This document shows, in pieces, positions 48,704 through 58,950 of a stretch of DNA of 64,000 nucleotides. The stretch is from Bacilli bacterium (GTDB taxonomy: Bacteria > Bacillota_I > Bacilli_A > ML615J-28 > CAG-313). A program made the translations under genes and the position numbers. The stretch is taken from contig JAFVWY010000012.1 of NCBI GenBank assembly GCA_017501465.1, positions 10,191 to 74,190 of the forward strand. Reading direction: 5' to 3'. Below the pieces are notes generated by a model, which was not told the DNA's origin, ran no database searches, and saw only the letters and a list, made by a program, of their open reading frames with translations. How positions within the stretch are numbered: the stretch's first letter is position 1; every line of letters begins with the position of its first letter.

Positions 48704-49318
48704 TTATAATTCATAATTTGCTTCATTAAATTTAAATTTTTTTATAATTTTATTATATTTAATAAAACAATAATAATTATTTAAGGCCTTAAAAGATAAA
48801 AAAATAATCAAGACTAAAATCATCCAAAATTTGAAAATTAAAAAAATAATAAATAGAAGGCTAATTAAAAGCAACTGAATCAGTAAAAGTACGTAATTTA
48901 AATATTCATCTTCCCACACAAGGCTAAAAATAGTATAAATTATATTATACCCATCAAGAGGTATAATCGGTAAAACATTTAATATAATGATGAATAGGTT
49001 GATTTTCAATAAAAAAATATTATTAGTAATTAAAAATATTAATTGTAATAATGATGAAAAAATAAGTCCACCACTATAAATAAATATCTTTTCTAGCCAA
49101 CTTCTTCTCTTATTTGATAAGTCTATAAAACAACCAAAGCCTGTTAAATGTAGATATTTAATTTCATTATGTGTCAATAGAATTATTATTAAATGTCCTG
49201 CTTCATGAAATAGTAAACAAAAAAATAATAAACTGGCTTCTTTTATAAACCCACTATATAACGCAATAATTAAATAAATTAGGAAAGAAAAGTGTATTTT
49301 AATTTTACCTATATTCAT
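48704..49318 (-). CDS. Small M50-family (site-2 protease-like) membrane metalloprotease, SpoIVFB-like
   Basis: HEAGH in a TM helix and downstream NVLPIIPLDGYN (LDG) motif; 14-bp overlap with upstream gene. Confidence 0.55.
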   Translation of the reverse strand: MNIGKIKIHFSFLIYLIIALYSGFIKEASLLFFCLLFHEAGHLIIILLTHNEIKYLHLTGFGCFIDLSNKRRSWLEKIFIYSGGLIFSSLLQLIFLITNNIFLLKINLFIIILNVLPIIPLDGYNIIYTIFSLVWEDEYLNYVLLLIQLLLISLLFIIFLIFKFWMILVLIIFLSFKALNNYYCFIKYNKIIKKFKFNEANYEL

Positions 49319-49880
49319 AGTACTTATTGTCTTTTGAAATTATTAAATTAAAAGTACTAACATTATTAATAATTTGTGGTGTACCTATAATTTGATCTAT
49401 GTCAATATATTCATATAAATAACAATCAATACTTAAAAGTCCTAAGTATTCATAAATCATTCCATCGTATGTTTGAATAGTAATAGTATATAAACTTTCC
49501 TTTTTGTTAATTTTAATGACTGTTCCTGCTTTTAAACATTTAACGAAGTTTGTACTTCTACTATGGAAGATGTTGTTTTTACCGTCAAAGGTAAATTCTT
49601 CATAATCAGTTGAGGTAGAAAGTATCGTTTCTTTTAACTTCTCATCATCAAAAAAAGAAATCAAATTAACACCAATTTTAGTGAGATTTAAAGGTTTGGT
49701 TAAAAAATCAAAACGAAAACTTGTTAAATTAGTAAATAACACTACAATTAATACTATTAAAGAGCTTAAAAAAATTCTAATAAATAAAGAGTCAAAATAG
49801 TTTTTTGAATGTTTGTTTTTATTCATTATTTTATTTTTACTTTTATAATATTTCTTTAATCTTTTATGATATTGTTCCAT
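49305..49880 (-). CDS. Membrane-anchored protein with degenerate M23/LytM-like C-terminal domain (SpoIVFA-like)
   Basis: Basic N-terminus, one TM, C-terminal beta-rich region AGTVIKINKKESLYTITIQTYDGMIYEYLGL lacking HxxxD/HxH metal ligands. Confidence 0.35.
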   Translation of the reverse strand: MEQYHKRLKKYYKSKNKIMNKNKHSKNYFDSLFIRIFLSSLIVLIVVLFTNLTSFRFDFLTKPLNLTKIGVNLISFFDDEKLKETILSTSTDYEEFTFDGKNNIFHSRSTNFVKCLKAGTVIKINKKESLYTITIQTYDGMIYEYLGLLSIDCYLYEYIDIDQIIGTPQIINNVSTFNLIISKDNKYYEYR

Positions 49881-49925
49881 TAAATCACCAATATATTCTA
49901 TTAAGATGTCATTTATTTTAGAACA

Positions 49926-50594
49926 TTATAGTTTGTAATTCATTTTGATACTAAAATAATTATCACCAATTATGATATGATCTAAAATAATAAATCCTAA
50001 TAATTCTGCTTGTCTAATAATTTGAGCCGTCACCTTCAAATCTTCTTTACTAGGTGTTGAATCACCACTTGGATGATTGTGTACGAGAATTATTGCTGAG
50101 GCAGAATATTTATATGCCCATTTAAAAATACTTTTATCATCAATAAGTGATGAATTAATATTTCCGATTGTAATTAATTTTTTACTAATCATCTTTCCTT
50201 TAGTATCTAAATAAATTGCATATAATTGTTCTTGTTTAACATTGTAATATAGTGGCTTAAAATGTTCATATATCAATTTAGGACTAGGTAGGCTAATTTT
50301 ATTAATTGACTTGCTAAAAATTCTTTTTGCTAATTCAAATGATGCCAAAATAATACTGGCTTTAGAAATACCAATTCCCTCAATTTTAGTTAATTCATCA
50401 ATAGTTAATTCGCTAATGTCATCAATGGAATCTAATGTGTTTAAAACATCCATACTTAATTCTATGACAGACTTCTTTTTATTACCACATCTTAATAAAA
50501 TGGCTAAGAGTTCAATATTATTTAAAGAATTAATTCCATTGTTAATAATTTTTTCTCGTGGTTTTTCATTAGAAGGCATATTTTGTATTTTCAT
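49926..50594 (-). CDS. radC: RadC-like JAB-domain protein (UPF0758)
   Basis: HNHPSGDSTPSKEDLKVT JAMM motif and N-terminal HhH. Confidence 0.8.
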   Translation of the reverse strand: MKIQNMPSNEKPREKIINNGINSLNNIELLAILLRCGNKKKSVIELSMDVLNTLDSIDDISELTIDELTKIEGIGISKASIILASFELAKRIFSKSINKISLPSPKLIYEHFKPLYYNVKQEQLYAIYLDTKGKMISKKLITIGNINSSLIDDKSIFKWAYKYSASAIILVHNHPSGDSTPSKEDLKVTAQIIRQAELLGFIILDHIIIGDNYFSIKMNYKL

Positions 50595-50679
50595 GTAATC
50601 ACCAAATATATCTTATAACGAACAATTGAATTTGTAAAGTCCAATCGTTTTCGAAAAAAAAGAACCCTTTTGGGTTCTC

Positions 50680-51954
50680 TTATTTTTTTAATTTAGGTCT
50701 TATTTCACTTACAAAATATAAGCTTCCTAAGAATAGATTTAGTTCATAAGGTTTATTTTGAACAAACTCAATAATCTCATCAATATCTTCCATAAGAATT
50801 TTATTATCATGTTTGGAATAATCAAATAACTCTTTTGCTGAACTATGTCTTTTATAAGTAAAACTAGTAATAATAATTTGATCAAAATGAGGTTCTAATA
50901 AACCTATCATCTTCTCTTTTTCTTTATTATCAGAACACGCAAAAATGCAGCGTTTAGTTGAATATTTTAATACATCAACAAATTCACATACTCGGTTAAC
51001 GCCATCAACATTATGACCACCATCCAATACAATTAATGGTTCTCGACTTATCACTTCTAATCTGCCTGGCCATTTTGTTTTCAATAAACCAATTTTTACT
51101 TTATCAAAGTCAGGAGTTTTATTTAGAATAGTTAATGCAACAAGAAAAGTTTGAATTGCTACTAAAGAATTCTCAACTTGATGGATGCCAGGTAAAGTAA
51201 TTTCATATTCACCAAATTCATTTGAGAGAATTTGAGTGGATTCCAAATCACATTTTTTAATTTCGAACGCTCCTAGAAGGGGTTTATAAATTTTTGAATT
51301 TAATTGACTACTTTTCTTTTCAGCAATTTCTATTAAATTGGCATCTTTAAGACCAACGACAAATGGAATATTTTTTTTAACAATTCCTAATTTATTGCTA
51401 AGTATTTCTTCTAAAGAATTACCTAAAACATTCATATGATCAAAGGATACATTGGTTATTGTTGAAACGATAGGAGTAATAACATTAGTAGAATCTAGTG
51501 TTCCACCAATTCCTACTTCGATAATCGAAATATCTGGTTGTTTATTTTCAAAATATAAAAAACAAAGTAAAGTAATGAATTCAAAAAAAGATGGAGTTTC
51601 TCCTGTTTTTTCTAAAAACAAAGGATACTTTTCAAGAATTTTATTTGCAAAAAACAATACCTCTTCATCTTCAATCATCGATTGATTATAACAAATTCTT
51701 TCATTAAACTTAGTTATATATGGTGATGTAAAAGTACCTACCGAAAAGCCATGTTCTAAAAACATATTTTTCAAATATGAAACAACTGAACCCTTACCGT
51801 TAGTTCCAGTAACATGAATAGTTTTAAATTTATTCTGTGGGTTATTAAAAACCTCACAATAAAACTTCATATTATCTAGACTTTTCTTTTCATGAAACCT
51901 TTTTTGATTTTCAACAAATGATAAAAAATCTTGAATATTGGTAAATTTATTCAT
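50680..51954 (-). CDS. folC: Folylpolyglutamate synthase / dihydrofolate synthase
   Basis: Mur-ligase P-loop [10 protein letters not shown]; folC-valS adjacency as in Bacillus. Confidence 0.8.
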   Translation of the reverse strand: MNKFTNIQDFLSFVENQKRFHEKKSLDNMKFYCEVFNNPQNKFKTIHVTGTNGKGSVVSYLKNMFLEHGFSVGTFTSPYITKFNERICYNQSMIEDEEVLFFANKILEKYPLFLEKTGETPSFFEFITLLCFLYFENKQPDISIIEVGIGGTLDSTNVITPIVSTITNVSFDHMNVLGNSLEEILSNKLGIVKKNIPFVVGLKDANLIEIAEKKSSQLNSKIYKPLLGAFEIKKCDLESTQILSNEFGEYEITLPGIHQVENSLVAIQTFLVALTILNKTPDFDKVKIGLLKTKWPGRLEVISREPLIVLDGGHNVDGVNRVCEFVDVLKYSTKRCIFACSDNKEKEKMIGLLEPHFDQIIITSFTYKRHSSAKELFDYSKHDNKILMEDIDEIIEFVQNKPYELNLFLGSLYFVSEIRPKLKK

Positions 51955-54571
51955 ACATTGCTTCTAAAGATTTTAGTAAGTTTTCAACTTCATTTAATTG
52001 TTGTTTATATTTTTCTAGCTTTTCTTTTTCAGCATCAACTTTTGCTTGCGGTGCTTTAGATGTGAATGATGGATTATTTAACATATTTGAAGAACGAGTT
52101 ACTTCATTGGTAAGTCTTGTGAATTCTTTGTTTAAACGCTCTTTTTCTTTTTCTAAATCAATTAATTCTTTTAGCGGAATGATAATATTTAAATCATCTA
52201 AAACGATTACTTGAGCTTGTTCTTTTGATGGTTCATTATCAAAAGATAATGTTTCATAATTTGCGAAACGTTTTAAGTATGCCTTATGTTGTTCCAAGAA
52301 ATTAACATCGTCTTCTTTTGCATCAATAATCATAGTTAATGGTTTACTTGGAGCAACGTTATTATTAACACGCATATTTCTAATTGATGTAATAATATTT
52401 AACATCTTATCTACTTTATAATCGTTTGAATGATCAATTATGTTATAAACAGTAGGCCAATCGCTTACAACAATAGAACCTTCATTAAATATTTGATAAA
52501 TTTCTTCGGTAACAAAAGGCATATAAGGATGTAATAGTTTTAGTATTGTTGTGATAACTTCTTTTAAGATTGCACAAGTATTAACTTTATCACTAGCTTC
52601 GTCATTAAATGTAACTTTAGACAATTCTACATACCAAGAAGCAAAATCATCCCAAACAAAATTATAAATTAATTTAGAAGCTTCCCCAAATTCATACTTT
52701 TCAAAGTTTTCATTTACACCATCAATTACTCTATTTAATTTATTTAATAACCATTTATCAATAGAAGATAATTTAGTATAATCTATAGCTTCGTCATTAT
52801 AATTATAGTTAATTAAATTCATTTGAATATATCTTGAGATATTCCAAATCTTATTGATATAATTCCAACTAGATGCAATTTTTTCTTCAGAATATCTTAA
52901 ATCTTGGCCTGGAGTCGAATTAGTTGTTAAGAAATATCTTAAAGCATCACAACCATATTTTTCAATAACATCAAATGGGTCAACACCATTTCCTAAAGAC
53001 TTACTCATCTTTCTTCCTTGTTCATCTCTGATTAAGCCATGAATCATACATTTTTTAAATGGTCTTTCATTCATAAAATGTTTAGATTGGAAAGCCATTC
53101 TAGCAACCCAAAAGAAAATAATATCATAACCCGTAACCAAACAATCTGTTGGAGTATATCTTTCTAATAAAGCAGTTTTTTCAGGCCAACCAAATGTTGA
53201 GAAAGTCCATAAGCCACTAGAGAACCAAGTATCTAATACGTCTTCATCTTGTTTCCAATCATCCCCAGGGCATATTTTAGAAACAATTACTTCGTCACCA
53301 CGATACCATGCAGGAATTCTGTGACCCCACCATAATTGTCTAGAAATACACCAGTCTTGAGTGTTTTCAATCCAAGTACTAAAGGTTTTATTAAATCTTT
53401 CAGGAATAAAATCGATGCGAGTTTCTGGTTTTGATTGCATTTTTAAAACATCTTCTGCAAGAGGTTGCATTTTAACAAACCATTGTTTTGAAAGTCTAGG
53501 TTCTACTACAACACCTGTTCTTTCACTATGACCTACAGAGTGAGTCATTTTTTCAATAGATGGACACAAACCTAATTCTTGTAAGTCTTTAACTAATTGT
53601 TTACGACATTCAAAACGATCCATTCCTTGATATTTACCAGCTAATTCATTCATAGTACCATCTTCATTCATACAGATGATTCTAGGTAAATTATGACGAT
53701 TACCAACCTCAAAGTCGTTTGGATCATGAGCAGGAGTAACTTTAACCACACCAGTTCCGAAATCTCTTTCTACATATTCATCACTAATAATAGGAATTAT
53801 ACGATTGGTTCCAGGAATATATACAGATTTACCAATATATTTTTGATATCTTTCATCATCTGGATGAACCATAATAGCTGAGTCCCCAAACATTGTTTCT
53901 GGTCTTGTAGTAGCAATTTCTAATCCGCCTTCTTCTCCAACTAATGGATAAATAAAGTGGTAGAATGCCCCTTCAATATCTTTATATTCTACTTCAATAT
54001 TTGATAAAGCTGTCTTTGCTTCAACATCCCAATTGATAATTCTTTCACCACGATAAATTAATCCTTCATTATATAAGGAACAGAATACTTCTAAAACGGC
54101 ATTGTTTAAACCTTCATCAAGAGTAAATCTTTCTTTAGTGTAATCTAAAGATAATCCAAGGGCAGCCCATTGTGAATGAATTGTTTTAGCATATTCATCC
54201 TTCCATTCCCAAGCAACTTTTAAAAATGCTTCACGGCCGATTTCGTATCGACTAATACCTTGGGCTTTTAATTTTGCATCAATTTTTGCTTGAGTAGCAA
54301 TACCAGCATGGTCCATACCAGGAAGCCATAATACATCGTATCCTTGCATTCTCTTATATCTTGAAATGATATCTTGTAAAGTAGTATCCCATGCATGACC
54401 TAAATGTAATTTACCTGTTACATTTGGTGGTGGAATAACAATACTATACGGTTTTTTAGAAATATCGCCCGATTCAAAGAATCTGTTTTTAAGCCAGTAT
54501 TCGTATTTTCCGTTTTCTACACTTTTATGTTCATATTTAGGTGCCATTTCTTTTTTTGTAAATTGTTTCAT
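51947..54571 (-). CDS. valS: Valyl-tRNA synthetase
   Basis: HIGH ([13 protein letters not shown]) and KMSKS motifs, C-terminal coiled coil; 874 aa. Confidence 0.95.
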   Translation of the reverse strand: MKQFTKKEMAPKYEHKSVENGKYEYWLKNRFFESGDISKKPYSIVIPPPNVTGKLHLGHAWDTTLQDIISRYKRMQGYDVLWLPGMDHAGIATQAKIDAKLKAQGISRYEIGREAFLKVAWEWKDEYAKTIHSQWAALGLSLDYTKERFTLDEGLNNAVLEVFCSLYNEGLIYRGERIINWDVEAKTALSNIEVEYKDIEGAFYHFIYPLVGEEGGLEIATTRPETMFGDSAIMVHPDDERYQKYIGKSVYIPGTNRIIPIISDEYVERDFGTGVVKVTPAHDPNDFEVGNRHNLPRIICMNEDGTMNELAGKYQGMDRFECRKQLVKDLQELGLCPSIEKMTHSVGHSERTGVVVEPRLSKQWFVKMQPLAEDVLKMQSKPETRIDFIPERFNKTFSTWIENTQDWCISRQLWWGHRIPAWYRGDEVIVSKICPGDDWKQDEDVLDTWFSSGLWTFSTFGWPEKTALLERYTPTDCLVTGYDIIFFWVARMAFQSKHFMNERPFKKCMIHGLIRDEQGRKMSKSLGNGVDPFDVIEKYGCDALRYFLTTNSTPGQDLRYSEEKIASSWNYINKIWNISRYIQMNLINYNYNDEAIDYTKLSSIDKWLLNKLNRVIDGVNENFEKYEFGEASKLIYNFVWDDFASWYVELSKVTFNDEASDKVNTCAILKEVITTILKLLHPYMPFVTEEIYQIFNEGSIVVSDWPTVYNIIDHSNDYKVDKMLNIITSIRNMRVNNNVAPSKPLTMIIDAKEDDVNFLEQHKAYLKRFANYETLSFDNEPSKEQAQVIVLDDLNIIIPLKELIDLEKEKERLNKEFTRLTNEVTRSSNMLNNPSFTSKAPQAKVDAEKEKLEKYKQQLNEVENLLKSLEAMYE

Positions 54572-54574
54572 ATT

Positions 54575-54830
54575 AACCTCCTAATCAATAAAAAAAAGTC
54601 CCTAAGAATAACTCTTAAGGACGAAATAATCCGCGGTACCACCTTAATTAAAACAAATTAATGTTTTCACTTAATTAACTGTTAACGCCAGTGTACGTTC
54701 AATTCTACTACGATTTCAAATTGACTTCTCCAAGGCTACCTTCAAAATAACAATATGAAGTTTCACACCAAACAACTTCTCTCTGGAATATCGTTTATTT
54801 TTACTCTTCCTCTTCTTTGAATTTAGATAG
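54575..54830 (-). promoter_or_regulatory. T-box riboswitch leader for valS
   Basis: Minus-strand GGTGGTACCGCGG (plus 54631-54643), followed by terminator hairpin GTCCTTAAGAG..CTCTTAGGGAC plus U-run (54596-54622). Confidence 0.65.
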
Positions 54831-54834
54831 AAAA

Positions 54835-54863
54835 ATTATATCAAATTATTAATTATTTTTCAA
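54835..54863 (-). promoter_or_regulatory. Putative promoter TTGAAA-17-TATAAT for valS leader
   Basis: Minus-strand hexamers (plus 54858-54863 and 54835-54840). Confidence 0.4.
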
Positions 54864-54876
54864 ATCAAATGATTAT

Positions 54877-56643
54877 TTACTTATAATAACCATTTTTAAT
54901 TATTAAATCGTATACTTCGTCTAAAACATAATTAGCATCAAATGTTTCTCTAAATTTTGATGAAGATACATTCGATGTCGAGATAGTGATAATATAAAAA
55001 TTAGATTTATTATTTCTTAATAGAATTTCTTTTTCAAAAATTTCATCAACGTTGTCATTTTCTCTTTTGAAGACAATAAACTTGTTATTTTCTATTAATT
55101 TTTTACCATCAATCCAACCCACTAGATCTCTTAAACTATCGGTTCCTATGACGAAAAATGGATGATCTTTTAATTCTAAATATTTAACAGTTCCCCCAAA
55201 GTGAATATCTTTTTCATAATCATCAATTTCTATATTTGGGAAACTCATCTTAATTAATTCAAGACGTTCCTCAAAAGATAATAATTCTTTAGTTGGATAT
55301 TTGTTTCCGTTAGGTAATAATAACAAATCTTTTGAAATATGTTTCTTTATAAAATTAGCAATTTCAATGTGTGCAATAGTCGGTGGATTAAATGAACCAC
55401 CAAGAACGATTTTTTTACCTTTTAAATCTTTTTTAATACGATTAATTTCATTATAATTTGTAATAATCTTTTGACACATTAGTTTGGCATGCTGAATGGC
55501 TGTCGCAATTGATGTTGGATGATTATAAACATCACCAACAAAGTAAGTATTTAAATGACTTGAATCCAACAACCAATCTTTATCATCGATTAATTTAAAC
55601 CATTTTAAATCTTTAAAAACATTAAAATCTGGGTTTGCGCCATATGCTTCAACTAATAAATCAAAGTTATCATTTTCTAAGATATCTGTAGATTTAAACT
55701 TTTGTCTTTCCCCTTCTACTTTCGGTAAAAGTTCCATTTTTCTAAGTGTTGCGATTCCTTCATAATATTCTTCTAAAGAATACAATTCTTTAAAATTTAC
55801 TCCTTCTGTCTTAGCACACTCAATTTCGTGTTTTGTTGCAGGCGCATTTTCAAGATTTCTACGATAAATAATGGTTACATCATTACCTATTTTATTAAGA
55901 CTTCTTGCTGTATCGATAGCGGCATTACCACACCCCAAAACCCCGATTTTTTTATTTGTAATATTAAATTTATTTTCTTTTAAAAGAGATAATACCCAAG
56001 AACTACTAAAAATATTTTCACGATTTAGGATACGAATTGGTTTGTTAGAACCAGTCGCGATAACATGAAAATCATAATTATCAAGGTCTTCTAAAGTGAG
56101 GTTCTCTCCTAGTTTTGTATTAAATCTGATGTCAATATGATCCTTGATTTCGTTATAAATATCTTCAAGAACCGAATCATCAAAGCGGAATCTCGGAATT
56201 TGATTAGCAATTACCCCTCCGATTTTATTTTCAGCCTCGCACAGAACGACTTTGAAACCAGATTTTCGTAAAAGGATACTAGCAGCAAGACCTGCTACGC
56301 CGGCTCCAACCACAATAACACTTCCTTTAGAAATGGGTGGAAAATTAAAATTATGACCGAATCGTAAAAATAAATCATGTTCAATTTCTTCAATTCTGAT
56401 TCTTTCTTTGAAAGCTTTTAAATGTTTACAATTCTTCGCACATTGATGTTCATGAGGACAGATTAGACCACAAAGAGAAATTAATGGATTATTTTCAATA
56501 ATTATTTGATAAGCTTCAAGATATTTTTCTTGTTCATAATATTTCATAATAACAGGAATATTATTATGTAAAGGGCAATCTTTAATACAAGGTGCATTTT
56601 GACATTTAAAACAGGCTTTGGCGATAGTTTTTAAATCTTTCAT
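54877..56643 (-). CDS. Fusion protein: GltD-like Fe-S/FAD/NAD(P)H oxidoreductase (aa 1-~410) + nicotinate-nucleotide adenylyltransferase NadD (aa ~415-588)
   Basis: N-terminal CFKCQNAPCIKDCP and CGLICPHEHQCAKNC clusters, VVGAGVAGLAAS FAD fold, VLGCGNAAID NADPH fold; C-terminal GGSFNPPTIAHIEIA (HxGH), ISTSNVSSSKFRE (ISST) NadD motifs. Confidence 0.7.
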   Translation of the reverse strand: MKDLKTIAKACFKCQNAPCIKDCPLHNNIPVIMKYYEQEKYLEAYQIIIENNPLISLCGLICPHEHQCAKNCKHLKAFKERIRIEEIEHDLFLRFGHNFNFPPISKGSVIVVGAGVAGLAASILLRKSGFKVVLCEAENKIGGVIANQIPRFRFDDSVLEDIYNEIKDHIDIRFNTKLGENLTLEDLDNYDFHVIATGSNKPIRILNRENIFSSSWVLSLLKENKFNITNKKIGVLGCGNAAIDTARSLNKIGNDVTIIYRRNLENAPATKHEIECAKTEGVNFKELYSLEEYYEGIATLRKMELLPKVEGERQKFKSTDILENDNFDLLVEAYGANPDFNVFKDLKWFKLIDDKDWLLDSSHLNTYFVGDVYNHPTSIATAIQHAKLMCQKIITNYNEINRIKKDLKGKKIVLGGSFNPPTIAHIEIANFIKKHISKDLLLLPNGNKYPTKELLSFEERLELIKMSFPNIEIDDYEKDIHFGGTVKYLELKDHPFFVIGTDSLRDLVGWIDGKKLIENNKFIVFKRENDNVDEIFEKEILLRNNKSNFYIITISTSNVSSSKFRETFDANYVLDEVYDLIIKNGYYK

Positions 56644-56695
56644 AATGATACTCCTTTTCTAAATGGTATTTTACCATAAATGAAATAAAAAATCA

Positions 56696-58036
56696 TTAAT
56701 TATGCCAATATTTATTAATTAATTTATTAAAAGTCTCTCCTCTTTCAATATAATTTTTATACATATCAAAGCTTTGAGAAGCTGGCGAAAAAAGAATAAT
56801 TTGTTTGTTTTTATTAGAATGTAGATTTTTAATTATATCCTCTAAGTCATTATATAAACTAACCTCACAATCATAATTACTAAGTTCTTTTCTTATATCA
56901 TTTTTATTTTGACCTATTAAATGTATACAGTCTACTTTACTTAACATGTCGTGACACATGGAGATATTACTAGGGCCAAACCCACCTACAATCCAATGAA
57001 ACTCTTCTTGATTAACATTTACTGATTCGAGTGCTGCTAATGAAGCATTCCAATTAGTTGATTTTGAATCATTAATAATCAAGACATCATCTGTCTTTAA
57101 AACTTTTTGTAATCTAAAGTCTTCATAAGTTAAATCTTCTAGGGCTTTTCTAATCTTAGAGATCGATATATTTAAATGTAAACCGACAATTGTCGCTACC
57201 ATAATATTTTTTAATTGATGTTTAGGAATAATAGGATATGAGTTTATTTTATAAAGTACTTCTTCTTTATAATATAGTTTATCATCAATTAACTTAAAAT
57301 TTAGACCATCTATTTCATTACTAAAGAAGACTTTATTACAATCAATACTACAAAATTCATTTATGAAAATTTCTTCATCTGGACAAATTAACAAACTTTC
57401 TTTGGGTAAATTAAATACTAATTTAGTTTTTTGATAAAAGTACTCCTTAAAGGATTTATGATAATCTAAATGATGTTCACCTATATTTAATAATACATAA
57501 ATTATAGGTTTTACACTATAACAATGTTGTAACATAAAACTTGATGTTTCAACCACAATAATTTCATCTTTAAAATTTTTGTTGCTTTTTAAACTAAATA
57601 AAGGAACTCCAATATTGCCTCCTAAATAACATTTTTGTTTTTTAGTAACTATTGTCGAAATCATTTTAGAAGTCGAGGTTTTACCATTGGTTCCAGTCAC
57701 TAAAATAAATTTTGCTAAAGGATAAAACCAACTAAAAAGTTCCAAATCGTTAATTACTAATTTATTTAATTTAGCAGCATCTATTAATAACTTAGTATCG
57801 GGAAAGATCCCTGGACTTTTAATAATAATATCAATGTTGGTAAGATCATATGAAGAGTTTGAGTCATCGACAAAAACCTCATATGAAAAGTTATGTTCGT
57901 CAAAAAAGGATTGGACTGCTTGGTTAGATAGCCCTAATCCATATAATAAAAACTTATAATTTTTAAATTGTTCATAGTTTTTCATTAAATCCTCCAAATT
58001 ACTAGTCCTATAATGACAAAAATAATTTCTATACAA
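56696..58036 (-). CDS. murD: UDP-N-acetylmuramoylalanine--D-glutamate ligase
   Basis: Mur-ligase P-loop GTNGKTSTS; follows mraY. Confidence 0.85.
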   Translation of the reverse strand: MYRNYFCHYRTSNLEDLMKNYEQFKNYKFLLYGLGLSNQAVQSFFDEHNFSYEVFVDDSNSSYDLTNIDIIIKSPGIFPDTKLLIDAAKLNKLVINDLELFSWFYPLAKFILVTGTNGKTSTSKMISTIVTKKQKCYLGGNIGVPLFSLKSNKNFKDEIIVVETSSFMLQHCYSVKPIIYVLLNIGEHHLDYHKSFKEYFYQKTKLVFNLPKESLLICPDEEIFINEFCSIDCNKVFFSNEIDGLNFKLIDDKLYYKEEVLYKINSYPIIPKHQLKNIMVATIVGLHLNISISKIRKALEDLTYEDFRLQKVLKTDDVLIINDSKSTNWNASLAALESVNVNQEEFHWIVGGFGPSNISMCHDMLSKVDCIHLIGQNKNDIRKELSNYDCEVSLYNDLEDIIKNLHSNKNKQIILFSPASQSFDMYKNYIERGETFNKLINKYWHN

Positions 58037-58950
58037 TATAAGAAATAATTAACATGATATTCATCGTATCCTGTTAGTTCTAAATGGTGATGAAATGGTG
58101 CCATTTTAAATATTCTTTTCCCTTTTGTCTTCTTAAAATATAAGACTTGTAAGATAACACTTATTGTTTCAAAAATAAAAACAAAACCCATCACAATAAA
58201 AATCATCTCTAAATCAGACAGAATACTCATTACCGCAAGCCCCGCTCCTAAGCCATGTGATCCAACATTACCCATAAATACTAATGCTGGATGAAAATTA
58301 AAAATCAAAAAAGCTACTATTGAAAAAAACATACTAATAGATGTAACTGTTAATAAAGTGTTTTTACTAATTTTACCTATGATAAATACTCCGATTAAAT
58401 AAATAAAAGTTAATCCAGAAGATAAACCATCTAATCCATCAGTAATATTATATGAATTACTCCAACCAATAATTAAAAAAGCAAGCACAAAGATACTAAG
58501 AAAACCTAAATTAATTGAATAATTAAATACAGTAATTGTTTTTTTATTAAACAATGTAAAAATAAATAAAGAGATAACAATTGAAAATATAATTTCTAAT
58601 AGTAATTTTATCTTAGGTGTTAAACCTTTATTGTTTTTCATTCTAATAATTTTCAAATCATCTAATAATCCGATGAACGAAAATGACAAAATAGTAATTA
58701 TAAAAATAAAGTCACTTTTATCAAGTGGTAATTTATTTATAATCTTAACTGTGAAATAATTAATTAGTAAAAATATGATAATTAAACATCCACCAGCTGT
58801 CGGGGTACCTCTTTTTTTATAGTGTTCTCTAGGGCCTTCTTCTCTAACTGATTGAGTAATTTCTCTTTTTTTTAATATTTTAATATAAAAACTAAATACT
58901 ACAATTTCTATCAATAAACTTAAAAATAATACCACTAATGTCTTAAACAT
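57985..58950 (-). CDS. mraY: Phospho-N-acetylmuramoyl-pentapeptide transferase
   Basis: NSYNITDGLDGLSSG and PTAGG motifs; 10 TM. Confidence 0.9.
   Translation of the reverse strand: MFKTLVVLFLSLLIEIVVFSFYIKILKKREITQSVREEGPREHYKKRGTPTAGGCLIIIFLLINYFTVKIINKLPLDKSDFIFIITILSFSFIGLLDDLKIIRMKNNKGLTPKIKLLLEIIFSIVISLFIFTLFNKKTITVFNYSINLGFLSIFVLAFLIIGWSNSYNITDGLDGLSSGLTFIYLIGVFIIGKISKNTLLTVTSISMFFSIVAFLIFNFHPALVFMGNVGSHGLGAGLAVMSILSDLEMIFIVMGFVFIFETISVILQVLYFKKTKGKRIFKMAPFHHHLELTGYDEYHVNYFLYCIEIIFVIIGLVIWRI

Noticed and set aside
50311-56068. Antisense ORFs 50311-50598, 51452-51685, 53693-53881, 55871-56068
   Set aside because: Lie inside radC, folC, valS and the GltD-NadD gene respectively; no motifs.
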